DNA of 64,000 nt from Candidatus Latescibacterota bacterium (lineage in GTDB: Bacteria; Latescibacterota; UBA2968; UBA8231), in NCBI GenBank assembly GCA_965248265.1, contig CBDFJF010000002.1, forward strand, positions 2,400,001 to 2,464,000. Direction: 5' to 3'. The notes under the pieces are model-generated. The model searched no databases. It was given only the letters and a program-made list of their open reading frames with translations, and was not told where the DNA came from. A program made the position numbers and the translations under genes. Position 1 is the stretch's first letter, and every line of letters starts with the position of its first letter. Positions 1 to 10,172 of this stretch are shown in pieces.

Positions 1-75
1 TTGATCTCGCCATTGAGATAGACGACTTGCTCTTGTGACATTGCTGTCTCCAGACTAGTAGAAAGCGGAAGAGCC

Positions 76-576
76 GTGAAGAATATCCTCCAGGCTGATG
101 ACCTGGACCAGTCGATGAGCAAACTCCCTGACACGGAATGGCACGTGGCCTGTTCCAGCAGCGGCGTGCTGACGCCACAGAATGAGCACGGCGACTCGCT
201 GCATACCTTTCCCATCGTCGGCTTCATGCAGCACGAGCCAGGCGGCGGCTGTATCGCTCACTCCCATCCGGGTCCCCAATGTTTCTATGTGACCGAAGGC
301 GAGGCGCTCTTCCAGGTCGGTGACGAAGAGTCCGTCGTTGGCGCGGGGGCGCTGATTCTGGTGCCGCCGGATGTACCGCATCAGTACAAAACGGTTGGCC
401 AGGGCCGCTTCACCTGCATGATCATCGAGACGTCGCTAGAAGGATTGACTCAGCACACGAACTATCCCGGCATTTCTTATCCGGAGATTCTCGAGAAGAC
501 GGTGGGCAAAGGCAAGGTGGACAAGGACAAGATCAAGCGGGAACTGGGCTGGGATGTGACCGTGATCGAGGAGTAA
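76..576 (+). CDS. Cupin domain protein
   Basis: Cupin motifs HSHP..Q.FYV.EG and G..ILVPPDVPH; 166 aa. Confidence 0.8.
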   Translation: MKNILQADDLDQSMSKLPDTEWHVACSSSGVLTPQNEHGDSLHTFPIVGFMQHEPGGGCIAHSHPGPQCFYVTEGEALFQVGDEESVVGAGALILVPPDVPHQYKTVGQGRFTCMIIETSLEGLTQHTNYPGISYPEILEKTVGKGKVDKDKIKRELGWDVTVIEE

Positions 577-583
577 ACCGTCA

Positions 584-1489
584 TCAGGTTGATTCAAGCA
601 CGCTCTCAGGCGAAAGGGTTTCATACACCAGGCGGCTCATGTCGCCGATGGCATCCATGCCCTGTTGCGATTCCTCGCGGGTGTCGGTGGTGGCGAGGGA
701 GCCGATGACAACGGGACCGGAGGGCAGGTAGACGACGCCGGTGTCGGCCTTGATGCGTCCGCTGCCACCCGTCTTGCGCGCGGCCTCGATCTCCGGTTTG
801 AGAAACTGGCGGATGCGATTAGGGTTTTTCACCACCTTCATCATCTCCAGCATCTGTGCCGACACATCAGCGCTGATCATCTCTCCCAGGTGGATCATCT
901 CCATGATCCGGCCCAGGTCGCGGGCTGAGGCCACGTTGTTGTCGAGGGAGCTGGCAAAGGGCAGGTCCCTGTCGCCATCACCGGTCAACTTGCCGGACCG
1001 CTTCAGTTCATCGTTCTCGCGCGACGGTGCTTCCGTAATCCCCTCCATCAGGTAGTGCCAGACGCCGATCGGCATCGGCATGCGGGTGTTGTGGAAGCCC
1101 ATCCTTTCCATCGTGGCGCCGATGGAATCAGGGGTCACCAGTCCGACCAGGGTGTCCGTGGCCATGTTGTCGCTGACGGCCATCATCAGCCGGCAGTAGT
1201 CGCGTACGGTCAGTTCCGGATCGTCCTGCAACATGCGCAGCACCCCCGTTCCGTGGGATGAGACGTTCCTCGGGAGTCGGTACCTATCGTCGAAGGAGAG
1301 CTCTCCGCTGTCGGCCTGGCGAAACAACTCGATCAGGGCGGCCACCTTGATGACGCTGGCGGTAGGCAGGGGCTCATCGGCATTGTATTCGTAGCCGAGG
1401 CCGGTGTTGAGGTCTTTGACGTAGAATCCGATACGCCCGGGGACCGTTTGGGCGATGGCATCCATTTTGGCTGCGGGAAACGTGGGCAT
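584..1489 (-). CDS. Class A beta-lactamase-like serine hydrolase
   Basis: SxxK (ASVIK), SDN and KTG motifs; start moved to ATG after GGAG RBS; no signal peptide seen. Confidence 0.85.
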   Translation of the reverse strand: MPTFPAAKMDAIAQTVPGRIGFYVKDLNTGLGYEYNADEPLPTASVIKVAALIELFRQADSGELSFDDRYRLPRNVSSHGTGVLRMLQDDPELTVRDYCRLMMAVSDNMATDTLVGLVTPDSIGATMERMGFHNTRMPMPIGVWHYLMEGITEAPSRENDELKRSGKLTGDGDRDLPFASSLDNNVASARDLGRIMEMIHLGEMISADVSAQMLEMMKVVKNPNRIRQFLKPEIEAARKTGGSGRIKADTGVVYLPSGPVVIGSLATTDTREESQQGMDAIGDMSRLVYETLSPESVLEST

Positions 1490-1606
1490 CATGATCTCCA
1501 GTCGGTGAGGCAACTCTGCTGGTGCGCCGGCGAAAATAACGCAGAGCGGTCCTGCATACCACGCACCGTGCAATCACTCAGATGTGCACATCGAGAGACG
1601 AGAGCG

Positions 1607-3490
1607 TCAGGCCGGGTTACCAGCATCTGAAACCAGGCGGGCGAAGCCGGCGCGGCTCAGCGAGCCGTCGGTTGGGACGGTACGAGTTTCGGGAAACGGA
1701 TGTTGTAACCAGGTTGACCGATCAGTCACTGATATGGGCTCATCGGGGTGAAACTGCAGACTGTTATCGCGTCCGCCATAGCCGCGCTCGACGACCAGGC
1801 GCTGGACGGCGACAAAGTCGGGATGCCCAACTGGCACATCGGTCAACCAGCAAAGCGGCATGCCGCTGTCGATGAGGACTGTCTGGAACTCGCGCAACAG
1901 CGCTCCATCCGCGTGGATGGCGGCCGGTTTACGCTCCTGCTTCAGGGCAAAAGCGGCCAGCATACCCGCCGCCTCGCCGATATTCCACTCCACCGGATGC
2001 AGCCGGTAGCAGCCGTTGGTGATGTGGGTGGTACCGATGTTCTTGTTGGCGGCAATCAGGTTTTCTACCCGCTCCGGGATCAGGGCACCAAGAGGGATCT
2101 GAAATGGCCGGGTTCGGGTGCTGGTGCCGACTTCGTCCTGGCTGATCTGGTGGATGTCGATGGGGTACCAGCCAATTCCCACGGCATCATCAAAGTGAGC
2201 AGCACGCGGTCCTGGTTGGGAGGCAACGGCGACTTCCTGCTCGAGGATGGTTTTTCGAGCTGCGATTCGCCGGCATTCACGGATGTAGGGGTATTTACTG
2301 AGTCCGTCGGCACTGCCCATGACGTCAGGTCGCAAGCGCAGTTGCGGAAAGCCCGGTGTTCCGTGGGCATTGGGTGCCTGGGTCTGCAGCCAGTAGGCAA
2401 ATCCAAGGCTTACCCGCTTGGCATTCTGCAATGCCTGCGCCAGGGCTTGGGGTGGTTGGTCAACGAGCGGCAGGTCCCGGTAGTCGTTTCCGGGCCAGTT
2501 GAACATGGTGATGTCGTGCTGGTGGTCGCCGGGAAACTGCGCCGCCTCCACCAGCCGGCGGTAACGCCATAACGGACCTTTGGTGCCGGGTGTGTCGTCG
2601 AAGAGGTCATAATCCAGCCACCCGGTGGTGTCGCCGTAGATTTCGCCACCGTGCACGTGGATGCGCAAGCTGTAGGGTTGACGGTCGCGATAATCCTCGT
2701 AAAGCGTCGGTTTGGCAATGCGATGGTCCTCACCTTTCGGTCTGCGCTCGAGCGCAAAGGGGTAGGTGCAGCTTTGCACGCAGTGTGGCCGTGGGCCATC
2801 AGGCTGCGCGTGGGGTTCTGAGGTTTGCGAAGCCGACTCGGCGCCGACGATGTCCTCCGTTCCGGTCAGTGGCAGGAGATCCCCGAGTTCGGTCGCGTCC
2901 AGGACATAGTGGAACTCGAAGTGAGTGTGGTCGCCATCATCGAGGTTGATCGCGCGGATGCCGGTGACGCGGTCGCCATCCGTAGCAGCGGCGACGGCCA
3001 TGGTGCGCAGGAAAATCCGCAATTTTCCAGCGGCCAGGTACTGCGACAGCATGCTCTGGATGGCGCTGACCGCGACCGATGGTTCGAAGGCCAGACGGCT
3101 TACCCAGCAGGTTCCCGGGTTCAGATGATGATCGGCCTGCTGTGGTGGGAGGAGCGCGCGATAGTGGTCGCGAATAGCCTCACACAACTGGTAATACGAG
3201 CGCGTGCCGCCGAACTGCTCGATGTGCTCGTGTTCGTCGAGGGCGGCGATCCCCTGACTGGTCATCTGGCCTCCGAGCCAGTCGGTCTCCTCGAGCAGAC
3301 AAACATCGTGGCCGCGACGCACCAGCGCCCAGGCGGCAGCGACGCCCCCCATGCCGCCGCCGACGATGAGGACGTCGCATGACAGCTTCCGGGACTTGGC
3401 TCGGTGATCGATTGCGATCACGGCCGAGAGGGGATCTCCCTCCACGGGCACCCGCATCACGTCCACTATTGTATGAACTCGCCGGTCCAT
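1607..3490 (-). CDS. FAD-dependent oxidoreductase (FAD_oxidored family)
   Basis: DVLIVGGGMGG..AA, E.TDWLGGQ, DATELGDL, PYIRE.RR, YPIDIH, ITNGCYRLHPVEWNIGEAAG. Confidence 0.9.
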   Translation of the reverse strand: MDRRVHTIVDVMRVPVEGDPLSAVIAIDHRAKSRKLSCDVLIVGGGMGGVAAAWALVRRGHDVCLLEETDWLGGQMTSQGIAALDEHEHIEQFGGTRSYYQLCEAIRDHYRALLPPQQADHHLNPGTCWVSRLAFEPSVAVSAIQSMLSQYLAAGKLRIFLRTMAVAAATDGDRVTGIRAINLDDGDHTHFEFHYVLDATELGDLLPLTGTEDIVGAESASQTSEPHAQPDGPRPHCVQSCTYPFALERRPKGEDHRIAKPTLYEDYRDRQPYSLRIHVHGGEIYGDTTGWLDYDLFDDTPGTKGPLWRYRRLVEAAQFPGDHQHDITMFNWPGNDYRDLPLVDQPPQALAQALQNAKRVSLGFAYWLQTQAPNAHGTPGFPQLRLRPDVMGSADGLSKYPYIRECRRIAARKTILEQEVAVASQPGPRAAHFDDAVGIGWYPIDIHQISQDEVGTSTRTRPFQIPLGALIPERVENLIAANKNIGTTHITNGCYRLHPVEWNIGEAAGMLAAFALKQERKPAAIHADGALLREFQTVLIDSGMPLCWLTDVPVGHPDFVAVQRLVVERGYGGRDNSLQFHPDEPISVTDRSTWLQHPFPETRTVPTDGSLSRAGFARLVSDAGNPA

Positions 3491-3612
3491 TACCGCTGTT
3501 TCTCTATCATGACTTGCCCCAACGTCTTGTGCCCGCTTAATCTATGCCTCGCAGCAGGACAATTGTACTTAAAACCGCATCCTTCCCCCAGGCACATCTG
3601 GAGATCGTGTTC

Positions 3613-4614
3613 ATGTCAAAGGTCCTCGTCACCGGTGCGTCAGGTTTCGAAGGCCACTATGTCGTGCACGATCTGCTCGATCACGGCTACGAGGTGAGGG
3701 CGATGGTCAGGTCGCCGCAGCGTGCCGCCGAACTGGACGGTCTGGATGTAGAAATCGTGTGTGCGGATCTGGCCGATCACGACTCGCTGAGGAAGGCTGT
3801 CCGGGGGGTCGATCACGTCGCCCATCCCGCCTACTCGGTGCAGGGGCGCGATGCGGGCGATCCGCTGCAGGAGTTCATGATCAATGAAGGCGGCAGCCTG
3901 GTGTTGCTCGAGGAGGCGCGTCAACAGGGAGTCGAGAAGTTCGTGTTCACGAGTTCGGGGGCTTCGGTCGGCTATCGGTCTCCGACCAAGTGGTTTCCGA
4001 CCTACCCGATCACGGAAACCAGTCCCTGCTTTCCAACGGACATCTATGGCGCCGGCAAGGCGGGGGTTGAGAAGTGGTGCCTGGCCTATTACCACGAATA
4101 CGGCGTACAGACGGTGACCCTGCGAACGATGTGGGTGTACGGAAGCTATCGTATTGACACCCCCGAACTCATTGCACTGGGATCCGCTACTAAATGTCCA
4201 GACGGCATGGAGCGGATCGACTTCATCCGGGGCCACGATTTCCTCGGGACGTTTTATCGCTACACGGAAAAGGCCTTGGCTGGTGAAGCGATAACCGTTC
4301 CAGGCGGTGCCTTTCAGATGACGCACGTGCGCGACCTGGCCACGGCGAACAGACTCGCCATCGAAAGCAGCGAGGGCGGAGAGGTTTACAGTGCCAATGA
4401 TGACCTGATGACATGGAAGGCATTCATCGAACGCGTGCTGGAGCTGACCGGTTCCAGCAGCGCCCTATCATTTGAGCCGACGCCGGAGAACGAAGTCTTC
4501 ATCAGCAACGCGAGAATCAAGGAAAAACTCGGCATCCAATTTGCCGGCATGGCCGGTCTGGATGCCTGCATCGATGGATGTATCAGGGAATTGAATCGGG
4601 AGACAGAGAAATGA
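3613..4614 (+). CDS. NAD-dependent epimerase/dehydratase (extended SDR)
   Basis: VLVTGASGFEG, FVFTSS, YGAGK catalytic YxxxK. Confidence 0.9.
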   Translation: MSKVLVTGASGFEGHYVVHDLLDHGYEVRAMVRSPQRAAELDGLDVEIVCADLADHDSLRKAVRGVDHVAHPAYSVQGRDAGDPLQEFMINEGGSLVLLEEARQQGVEKFVFTSSGASVGYRSPTKWFPTYPITETSPCFPTDIYGAGKAGVEKWCLAYYHEYGVQTVTLRTMWVYGSYRIDTPELIALGSATKCPDGMERIDFIRGHDFLGTFYRYTEKALAGEAITVPGGAFQMTHVRDLATANRLAIESSEGGEVYSANDDLMTWKAFIERVLELTGSSSALSFEPTPENEVFISNARIKEKLGIQFAGMAGLDACIDGCIRELNRETEK

Positions 4615-5597
4615 TCAGGGAGTTCACCTATATCGATCACGACAGAGATATCTGGGAGAAGGAGCTGGAGGAGTTTGTTCCTTCCGTCATCTACGACATG
4701 CACGTGCACATGTGGTCGGATGAGCATCGAGGGACTGCTCCGGAGCATTCGTTGATGCTGCCGATCACGTATCAGGACCACGTGGACTGGGCGGCGAAAC
4801 TGTACCCGGGCCGGGAGGTTCACTTTCTGGTCCTGGCCACTCCGATCGTCGGTATGGATGCCGAAGGGCACAACGACTACATGGCGACACAAATGGCGGC
4901 AGATCCGGATTCGGTCGTCAACATGATGGTGACGCCGGATATGACGGCCGAATACATCGCCGAACAGGTCAAGAAACACGATTTCTTCGGACTCAAGTGT
5001 TATCGGACCTTTGCGCCGGACAAGGATGACGCCCGCATACAGGATTTCTTACCGGAGCATCAGATCGAGCTGGCCCATGACATGGGATTGGCGATCACGA
5101 TGCATCTGTCCAAGCGCACCGGAGCGGCGGACTCGGACAATCAAAAGGATCTGGAGCGCTACACCAGGGAGTACCCGAGGGCCCAGTGGATTCTGGCTCA
5201 TTGCGCACGGGCCTTCAACGCCTTCATGATGCAGGATGCGATCGAATTCCTGACCGGGCTGCCGAATATCTGGTACGATACGTCGGCGGTGAATGACATG
5301 TACAGCCACTTCCTGCTGATGAAGCACGAAGACCGCTCACGGGTCATGTTCGGGACCGACAACGTGGTGGCTGGTTGCACGCGCGGCAAGTACGTCACCT
5401 GGGGCAGGGCATGGGAGTATTTTCCCGGCAATCCGACCGTCACTCACTGCGACCCGACGCCAACTCTGGTATGCTACGAGCAGCTGCGCCAGGAGTGCCA
5501 GGTGGCCGACATGCTGGGGTTGACCAAGCAGGAGATCGAGGATCACTTCTCCGGCAACGCCAAACGCTTCATCGCGCAAATGCGGACGGGGAAATAG
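4611..5597 (+). CDS. Amidohydrolase family protein
   Basis: DMHVH, ILAHC, YDTS, FGTD motifs; ATGA overlap with upstream stop. Confidence 0.85.
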   Translation: MIREFTYIDHDRDIWEKELEEFVPSVIYDMHVHMWSDEHRGTAPEHSLMLPITYQDHVDWAAKLYPGREVHFLVLATPIVGMDAEGHNDYMATQMAADPDSVVNMMVTPDMTAEYIAEQVKKHDFFGLKCYRTFAPDKDDARIQDFLPEHQIELAHDMGLAITMHLSKRTGAADSDNQKDLERYTREYPRAQWILAHCARAFNAFMMQDAIEFLTGLPNIWYDTSAVNDMYSHFLLMKHEDRSRVMFGTDNVVAGCTRGKYVTWGRAWEYFPGNPTVTHCDPTPTLVCYEQLRQECQVADMLGLTKQEIEDHFSGNAKRFIAQMRTGK

Positions 5598-5604
5598 TCC
5601 ACTC

Positions 5605-5952
5605 ATGAATCCGGTCCATGATATCAGCCCGATTCTGAATGTATCCGACATGAAGCAGAGTCTGCACTTCTACGTCGACCTTCTCGGTTTTACTAACGCG
5701 GACTGGGGCGACGACGGGTTTACCGCCGTTTCACGGGAGGGACGGACCATCCTGCTGTGCCGGAACGGTCAAGGCCATCCCGGCACCTGGATCTACATCT
5801 CCGTTGACGACGCCAGAGAGGTATACGAGGACCTGTCGTCAAAGGGAGTAACCATTCAGATGGAACCGACTGCTCAGCCGTGGGGGCTCGAAGTCAACGT
5901 CGAAGATCCGGATGGCCATGTGTTGCGCTTCGGGTCTGAACCAGAAGAGTAG
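5605..5952 (+). CDS. VOC/glyoxalase/bleomycin-resistance family protein
   Basis: PILNVSDM..SL.FYVDLLGF, PWG, DPDGHVLRF. Confidence 0.9.
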   Translation: MNPVHDISPILNVSDMKQSLHFYVDLLGFTNADWGDDGFTAVSREGRTILLCRNGQGHPGTWIYISVDDAREVYEDLSSKGVTIQMEPTAQPWGLEVNVEDPDGHVLRFGSEPEE

Positions 5953-5963
5953 GTCCAGACTCG

Positions 5964-7205
5964 ATGGACAAAGCAAAGAGCAGCTATCTGAGAAAGATCG
6001 GTCCGGGCATTCTGGTGGCCGCTACCGGTGTGGGAGCCGGCGATCTGGCGACGGCTGCTTTTACCGGAACCAAGCTCGGTGTGGCTATCCTGTGGGCGGT
6101 GGTGCTGGGTGCCTTTATCAAGTTTGTGCTGAATGAAGGGTTGACGCGATGGCAACTGGCAACCGGCAGCACACTGCTTGAAGGAGCTATGGGGCTGGGT
6201 CGTGTTGCCCAGTACGGTTTTCTCCTATACCTGCTGGCCTGGACCTTCATGGTGGCAGCCGCGCTGATGAGTGCCTGCGGCGTCGCCGCGCAAGCCATCT
6301 TCCCTCTGATTCAGGATCCGGCCACCGGTAAGATCGTTTACGGCATTGTCCTCAGCGTGGTGGGCGTGATCCTGGTACGCCTTGGTGGTTTCCGCCTGTT
6401 CGAAAAAGTGATGAGCGTCTGCATCGGTCTGATGTTCATCACCGTGGTCGTGACAGCCATTCTGTTGAAACCAGCTTTGGGCGAACTGATACGGGGACTG
6501 GTGTGGCCGACCATTCCCGACCTCGACGGTGCCGGTCTATCCTGGACCATCGCTTTGATGGGTGGGGTGGGAGGCACGGTGACCATTCTGTGTTACGGCT
6601 ACTGGATCCGTGAAGAGGGTCGCTTCGGCCACGAGCACTTGAGGGTGTGTCGCATTGACCTGGGCATCGCCTATGCCATGACGGCTCTGTTCGGTGTGGC
6701 CATGGTCGTCATCGGCAGCACGGTGCAGGTGGAGGGCGGTGGTGCCAAGCTGGTTATCACCCTGGCAGACAAACTGGGTGAGGAATTGGGACTGATCGGC
6801 AAGTGGGCTTTTTTATTGGGGGCTTTCGGGGCGATTTTCAGCAGCTTGCTGGGGGTGTGGCAAAGCGTTCCGTACCTGTTCACCGACCTATGGGGGATGA
6901 TCAGGCAGGGTGAGACGGCCGAGGTCTCGTCCGTCAGCACGGAGTCGGTCTCCTACCGATGGTATCTCTACGGAATGGCGGTCGTTCCCATGATAGGGCT
7001 GTGGGTCGGGTTCGCCGCCATGCAGAAAACGTATGCCATCGTCGGAGCCCTGTTCATGCCCATGTTGGCGGTCGTGTTGCTGCTGTTGAACGGCCGTGTG
7101 ACGCTGATCGGCGAGCGCTATCGCAATCATCCCATCACGTCCGTAATCCTGATCGCTGTCCTGATTTTCTTCGTGATGGCGGGCTGGTCAAAGGTATCTG
7201 GCTGA
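5964..7205 (+). CDS. Nramp-like membrane transporter
   Basis: IGPGILVAATGVGAGD N-terminus and about 11 hydrophobic segments. Confidence 0.8.
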   Translation: MDKAKSSYLRKIGPGILVAATGVGAGDLATAAFTGTKLGVAILWAVVLGAFIKFVLNEGLTRWQLATGSTLLEGAMGLGRVAQYGFLLYLLAWTFMVAAALMSACGVAAQAIFPLIQDPATGKIVYGIVLSVVGVILVRLGGFRLFEKVMSVCIGLMFITVVVTAILLKPALGELIRGLVWPTIPDLDGAGLSWTIALMGGVGGTVTILCYGYWIREEGRFGHEHLRVCRIDLGIAYAMTALFGVAMVVIGSTVQVEGGGAKLVITLADKLGEELGLIGKWAFLLGAFGAIFSSLLGVWQSVPYLFTDLWGMIRQGETAEVSSVSTESVSYRWYLYGMAVVPMIGLWVGFAAMQKTYAIVGALFMPMLAVVLLLLNGRVTLIGERYRNHPITSVILIAVLIFFVMAGWSKVSG

Positions 7206-7460
7206 GCCCGGACCTAGCCGCTGCCAGCGGTGGTCGATTGATGTAGCGGCACAGTCCTTCCAGGCGCAGGAGGCGTCAAGCACGGATTGGCCGGCGCGCT
7301 CGCCGGTGGCCACCTGGGAGACATTCTCGGGTCAAAATTGTCATGCCGCCGGCGGACCTAAATCCTTTCCGGCAAGCGCCAGATCCGTATACTCCCAAGC
7401 GGTGGTCATGAGCCAGCGAAGTCACGGAAGTCACGTCGGAGATGAATTCGGAGGTGATAT

Positions 7461-8258
7461 ATGGAATACAAAGAGCTGGGCAACACGGGATACAAGATTT
7501 CCGAAATTGGACTGGGCACCTCAAAATACACGGGAGGATCGGAGCCTCTCAGGAAGGGGATTGCGCTGGGCGTAAATCATATCGATACGGCCGAGGACTA
7601 TGAGACGGAAGACCAGGTTGGCGAGGCCGTTGCCGGGATGCGAGACCGCGCCTTTATCGCGACGAAGGTGTTTCCCAACCACTTCCGCTACGCTGATGTG
7701 CTCGAAGCGGCGGCGAACAGCCTCAGGCTGCTGTCCACCGACTACATCGACCTGTACCAGCTGCACAAGCCGAACTTCGACATCCCCATCGAAGAGACGA
7801 TGCGCGCGATGGACAAGCTGGTCGACGAAGGAAAGGTGCGCTATGTCGGCGTGAGCAACTTTTCCGTGGCCCAGCTCGAAGCAGCTCAGTCGGCGTCGCG
7901 CAATAGGATCGTCTCAAACCAGGTCCGCTACAGCCTGGGCGACAGGAGGATCGAGGACGAAGTGTTGCCCTACTGCCAGGAGAACAAAGTAACTGTAATC
8001 GCCTTCAGCCCGTTGAGGGCCATCTTGGGTTCCTCCGATCCCAAGACCAGTCCACAAAGTGCTGTCGAAGCCATCGCGGTGGCAACCAACAAGACCAAGG
8101 CACAGGTGGCCCTCAACTGGTGCACCTCGAAGCAGGGCGTCGTCGCGATTCCAAAGTCCAACTCGGTCGAGCGCACCGTCGAGAATTGCGGGGCTTCCGG
8201 ATGGCGACTCACCGCGGACCAGGTGAGCATGCTCGACGACGCTAGTCCCAGCGAATGA
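7461..8258 (+). CDS. Aldo/keto reductase
   Basis: IDTAEDY, ATK, DLYQLH, GVSNF, IPKS. Confidence 0.92.
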   Translation: MEYKELGNTGYKISEIGLGTSKYTGGSEPLRKGIALGVNHIDTAEDYETEDQVGEAVAGMRDRAFIATKVFPNHFRYADVLEAAANSLRLLSTDYIDLYQLHKPNFDIPIEETMRAMDKLVDEGKVRYVGVSNFSVAQLEAAQSASRNRIVSNQVRYSLGDRRIEDEVLPYCQENKVTVIAFSPLRAILGSSDPKTSPQSAVEAIAVATNKTKAQVALNWCTSKQGVVAIPKSNSVERTVENCGASGWRLTADQVSMLDDASPSE

Positions 8259-10030
8259 TCGCCCGAGCCATCATTGCTCTGCAAACGTGCCTGCTGCTGT
8301 GCGCCTATGTTTCGTCGGTTCCGGTGGAGCTTGCCGCCAAAGAGCTGGACCTTCCGGTCTCAAAAAAGAAGATCATCTCCTTCCGCGGGCCCACCGCCAG
8401 GGGATTGGCCCGGGACATCGAAGAGATGGAGAGGCAGCTGCCGGGAATCGACGGCGTCGCCCTTTACCCGACCACGTATGGGAACGGGACGTCCACCGAG
8501 GCCAGCGGGCGCATGTTCCGCACGGACTGGCACCGGATCGAGCAGTTCGAGGAAGCCATCGAAGACCTGCAGGTGGCGAAGGCCAAGGCCACGCGCTACA
8601 AGCACAATTTCGTGCTGGGATACCTCACCACCGGCGACAAGACCAAGGAAGTGCCCGACTGGTTCGATGACGAGTTCGAAGCGGTCGTCAATAACTGGCA
8701 GGTGACCGCCGAGTACTGCAAACGGGGCGGGCTCGATGGGATCCTATTCGATGACGAGGCCTACTACGGCCTCAACCTGTGGTCCTACAGGCATGCCAAA
8801 TACAAAGAAACCAGATCGGCGAAGGAATACGCAGATCAGGCGTTCACACGCGGCGCCCAGATCATGCGTGCGATCAACCGCATCTATCCCGACATCCACA
8901 TCATTTCACTGCACGGTCCGAGCCAGACGGCCGGGGACTCCGACCCGGCTGCGAATTACGGTCTCATGCGCGCGTTCTTCGACGGACTGCTGTCTGAATG
9001 CACCGGCGGAGCCCGGATCGTCGACGGGCACGAAATGGCCTATGGCTATCGCGCACCCGTGACATTCGCCAACGCCCGACGGGTGATGAAGCAGACGATG
9101 CGAGACCTCAGCCGGGTGCCCCGAAAGTATGACGAGCACTGCCAGGCCGGATTCGCGTTCTTGATCGGTGTCTACGGCGAGCTGGGATTCAGCGAAAACT
9201 TCGTGAGCAATTACTACACACCAGACGAAATGACGTGGTCGCTGCATCAGGCACTCAAGTACAGCGACGAGTACGTCTGGCTGTACCCGCCCGGCTGCGA
9301 TCTATGGGAAAAAACCCGTAAACCCGGAATCGTGATGCCCCAGGCATACAGAGACGCGATCAGCGCGGCGCGCCAGGACCAACCTGAAATGCCCGTGCTG
9401 CGCAACCTCGACGCGCACGTCGCCGCGCACCCCGGCAGCGCCAAGCCCCCCCGGAAATTCGCCGCCCCGGTGCCAGGATACCCCGAAGACAGCGACGGAC
9501 GCGGCGGCCTAGGCACGGTGCTCGGATATGACGAACAGCAGACGTTTGGTGATCTGTGGGAGGACTACGTCGAGCTTGCGGAGCTGTCGCACCGATGGCG
9601 ATTCCGCATCGATCCGCTCAACGTGGGTTTGGAGGAGGGGTGGCACCAACCCGATGTCGGGGAGCTGGATTGGTTCTGGATCACCGACCTTCTGCCGTGG
9701 GACAACCACGGGTACCGGACGTACGACGGCTACGGCTGGTACCGCCAGACAATCGAGGTTCCGGTGTTGGCCGAAGGCAAGAAGGTCTATCTCGCCTTCG
9801 GAGCCGTCGCCCACGGCGCCGAAGTGTTCGTGAATGGCGCCAAATCCGGAAGCCACAACATGGACAGCTGGGCGTATGCCCACGGCAATCCGTGGAAACG
9901 GCGTTTTCTCATCGACGTGACCCCTCAGCTGCTGGGAGGCAGGCCAAACGTCATCACGGTCCGCGTCGTCGATTATGGACCATGGGGCGGGGGCATCTGG
10001 AAGCCGGTCAAGCTGATCGCGGAGCCGTAG
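8255..10030 (+). CDS. Secreted putative glycoside hydrolase with C-terminal galactose-binding (GH2 sugar-binding-like) domain
   Basis: Signal-like N-terminus; GILFDDEAY barrel-type motif; C-terminal WRF..D, YDGYGWYR, LAFGAV, GGIWKPV. Confidence 0.7.
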   Translation: MIARAIIALQTCLLLCAYVSSVPVELAAKELDLPVSKKKIISFRGPTARGLARDIEEMERQLPGIDGVALYPTTYGNGTSTEASGRMFRTDWHRIEQFEEAIEDLQVAKAKATRYKHNFVLGYLTTGDKTKEVPDWFDDEFEAVVNNWQVTAEYCKRGGLDGILFDDEAYYGLNLWSYRHAKYKETRSAKEYADQAFTRGAQIMRAINRIYPDIHIISLHGPSQTAGDSDPAANYGLMRAFFDGLLSECTGGARIVDGHEMAYGYRAPVTFANARRVMKQTMRDLSRVPRKYDEHCQAGFAFLIGVYGELGFSENFVSNYYTPDEMTWSLHQALKYSDEYVWLYPPGCDLWEKTRKPGIVMPQAYRDAISAARQDQPEMPVLRNLDAHVAAHPGSAKPPRKFAAPVPGYPEDSDGRGGLGTVLGYDEQQTFGDLWEDYVELAELSHRWRFRIDPLNVGLEEGWHQPDVGELDWFWITDLLPWDNHGYRTYDGYGWYRQTIEVPVLAEGKKVYLAFGAVAHGAEVFVNGAKSGSHNMDSWAYAHGNPWKRRFLIDVTPQLLGGRPNVITVRVVDYGPWGGGIWKPVKLIAEP

Positions 10031-10172
10031 GAGGAAGTCAGACACGTTCCCGTTCTACTGTGCGGTTTCACGGAGGTAGCCGGTCCCGACACGCCCTACG
10101 AGACAGAAACCTTCAACTGGCAGGCCAGGGAAAAAGACGAACGGTTTCCCCCGGACGACTACTGAGTGGGGC

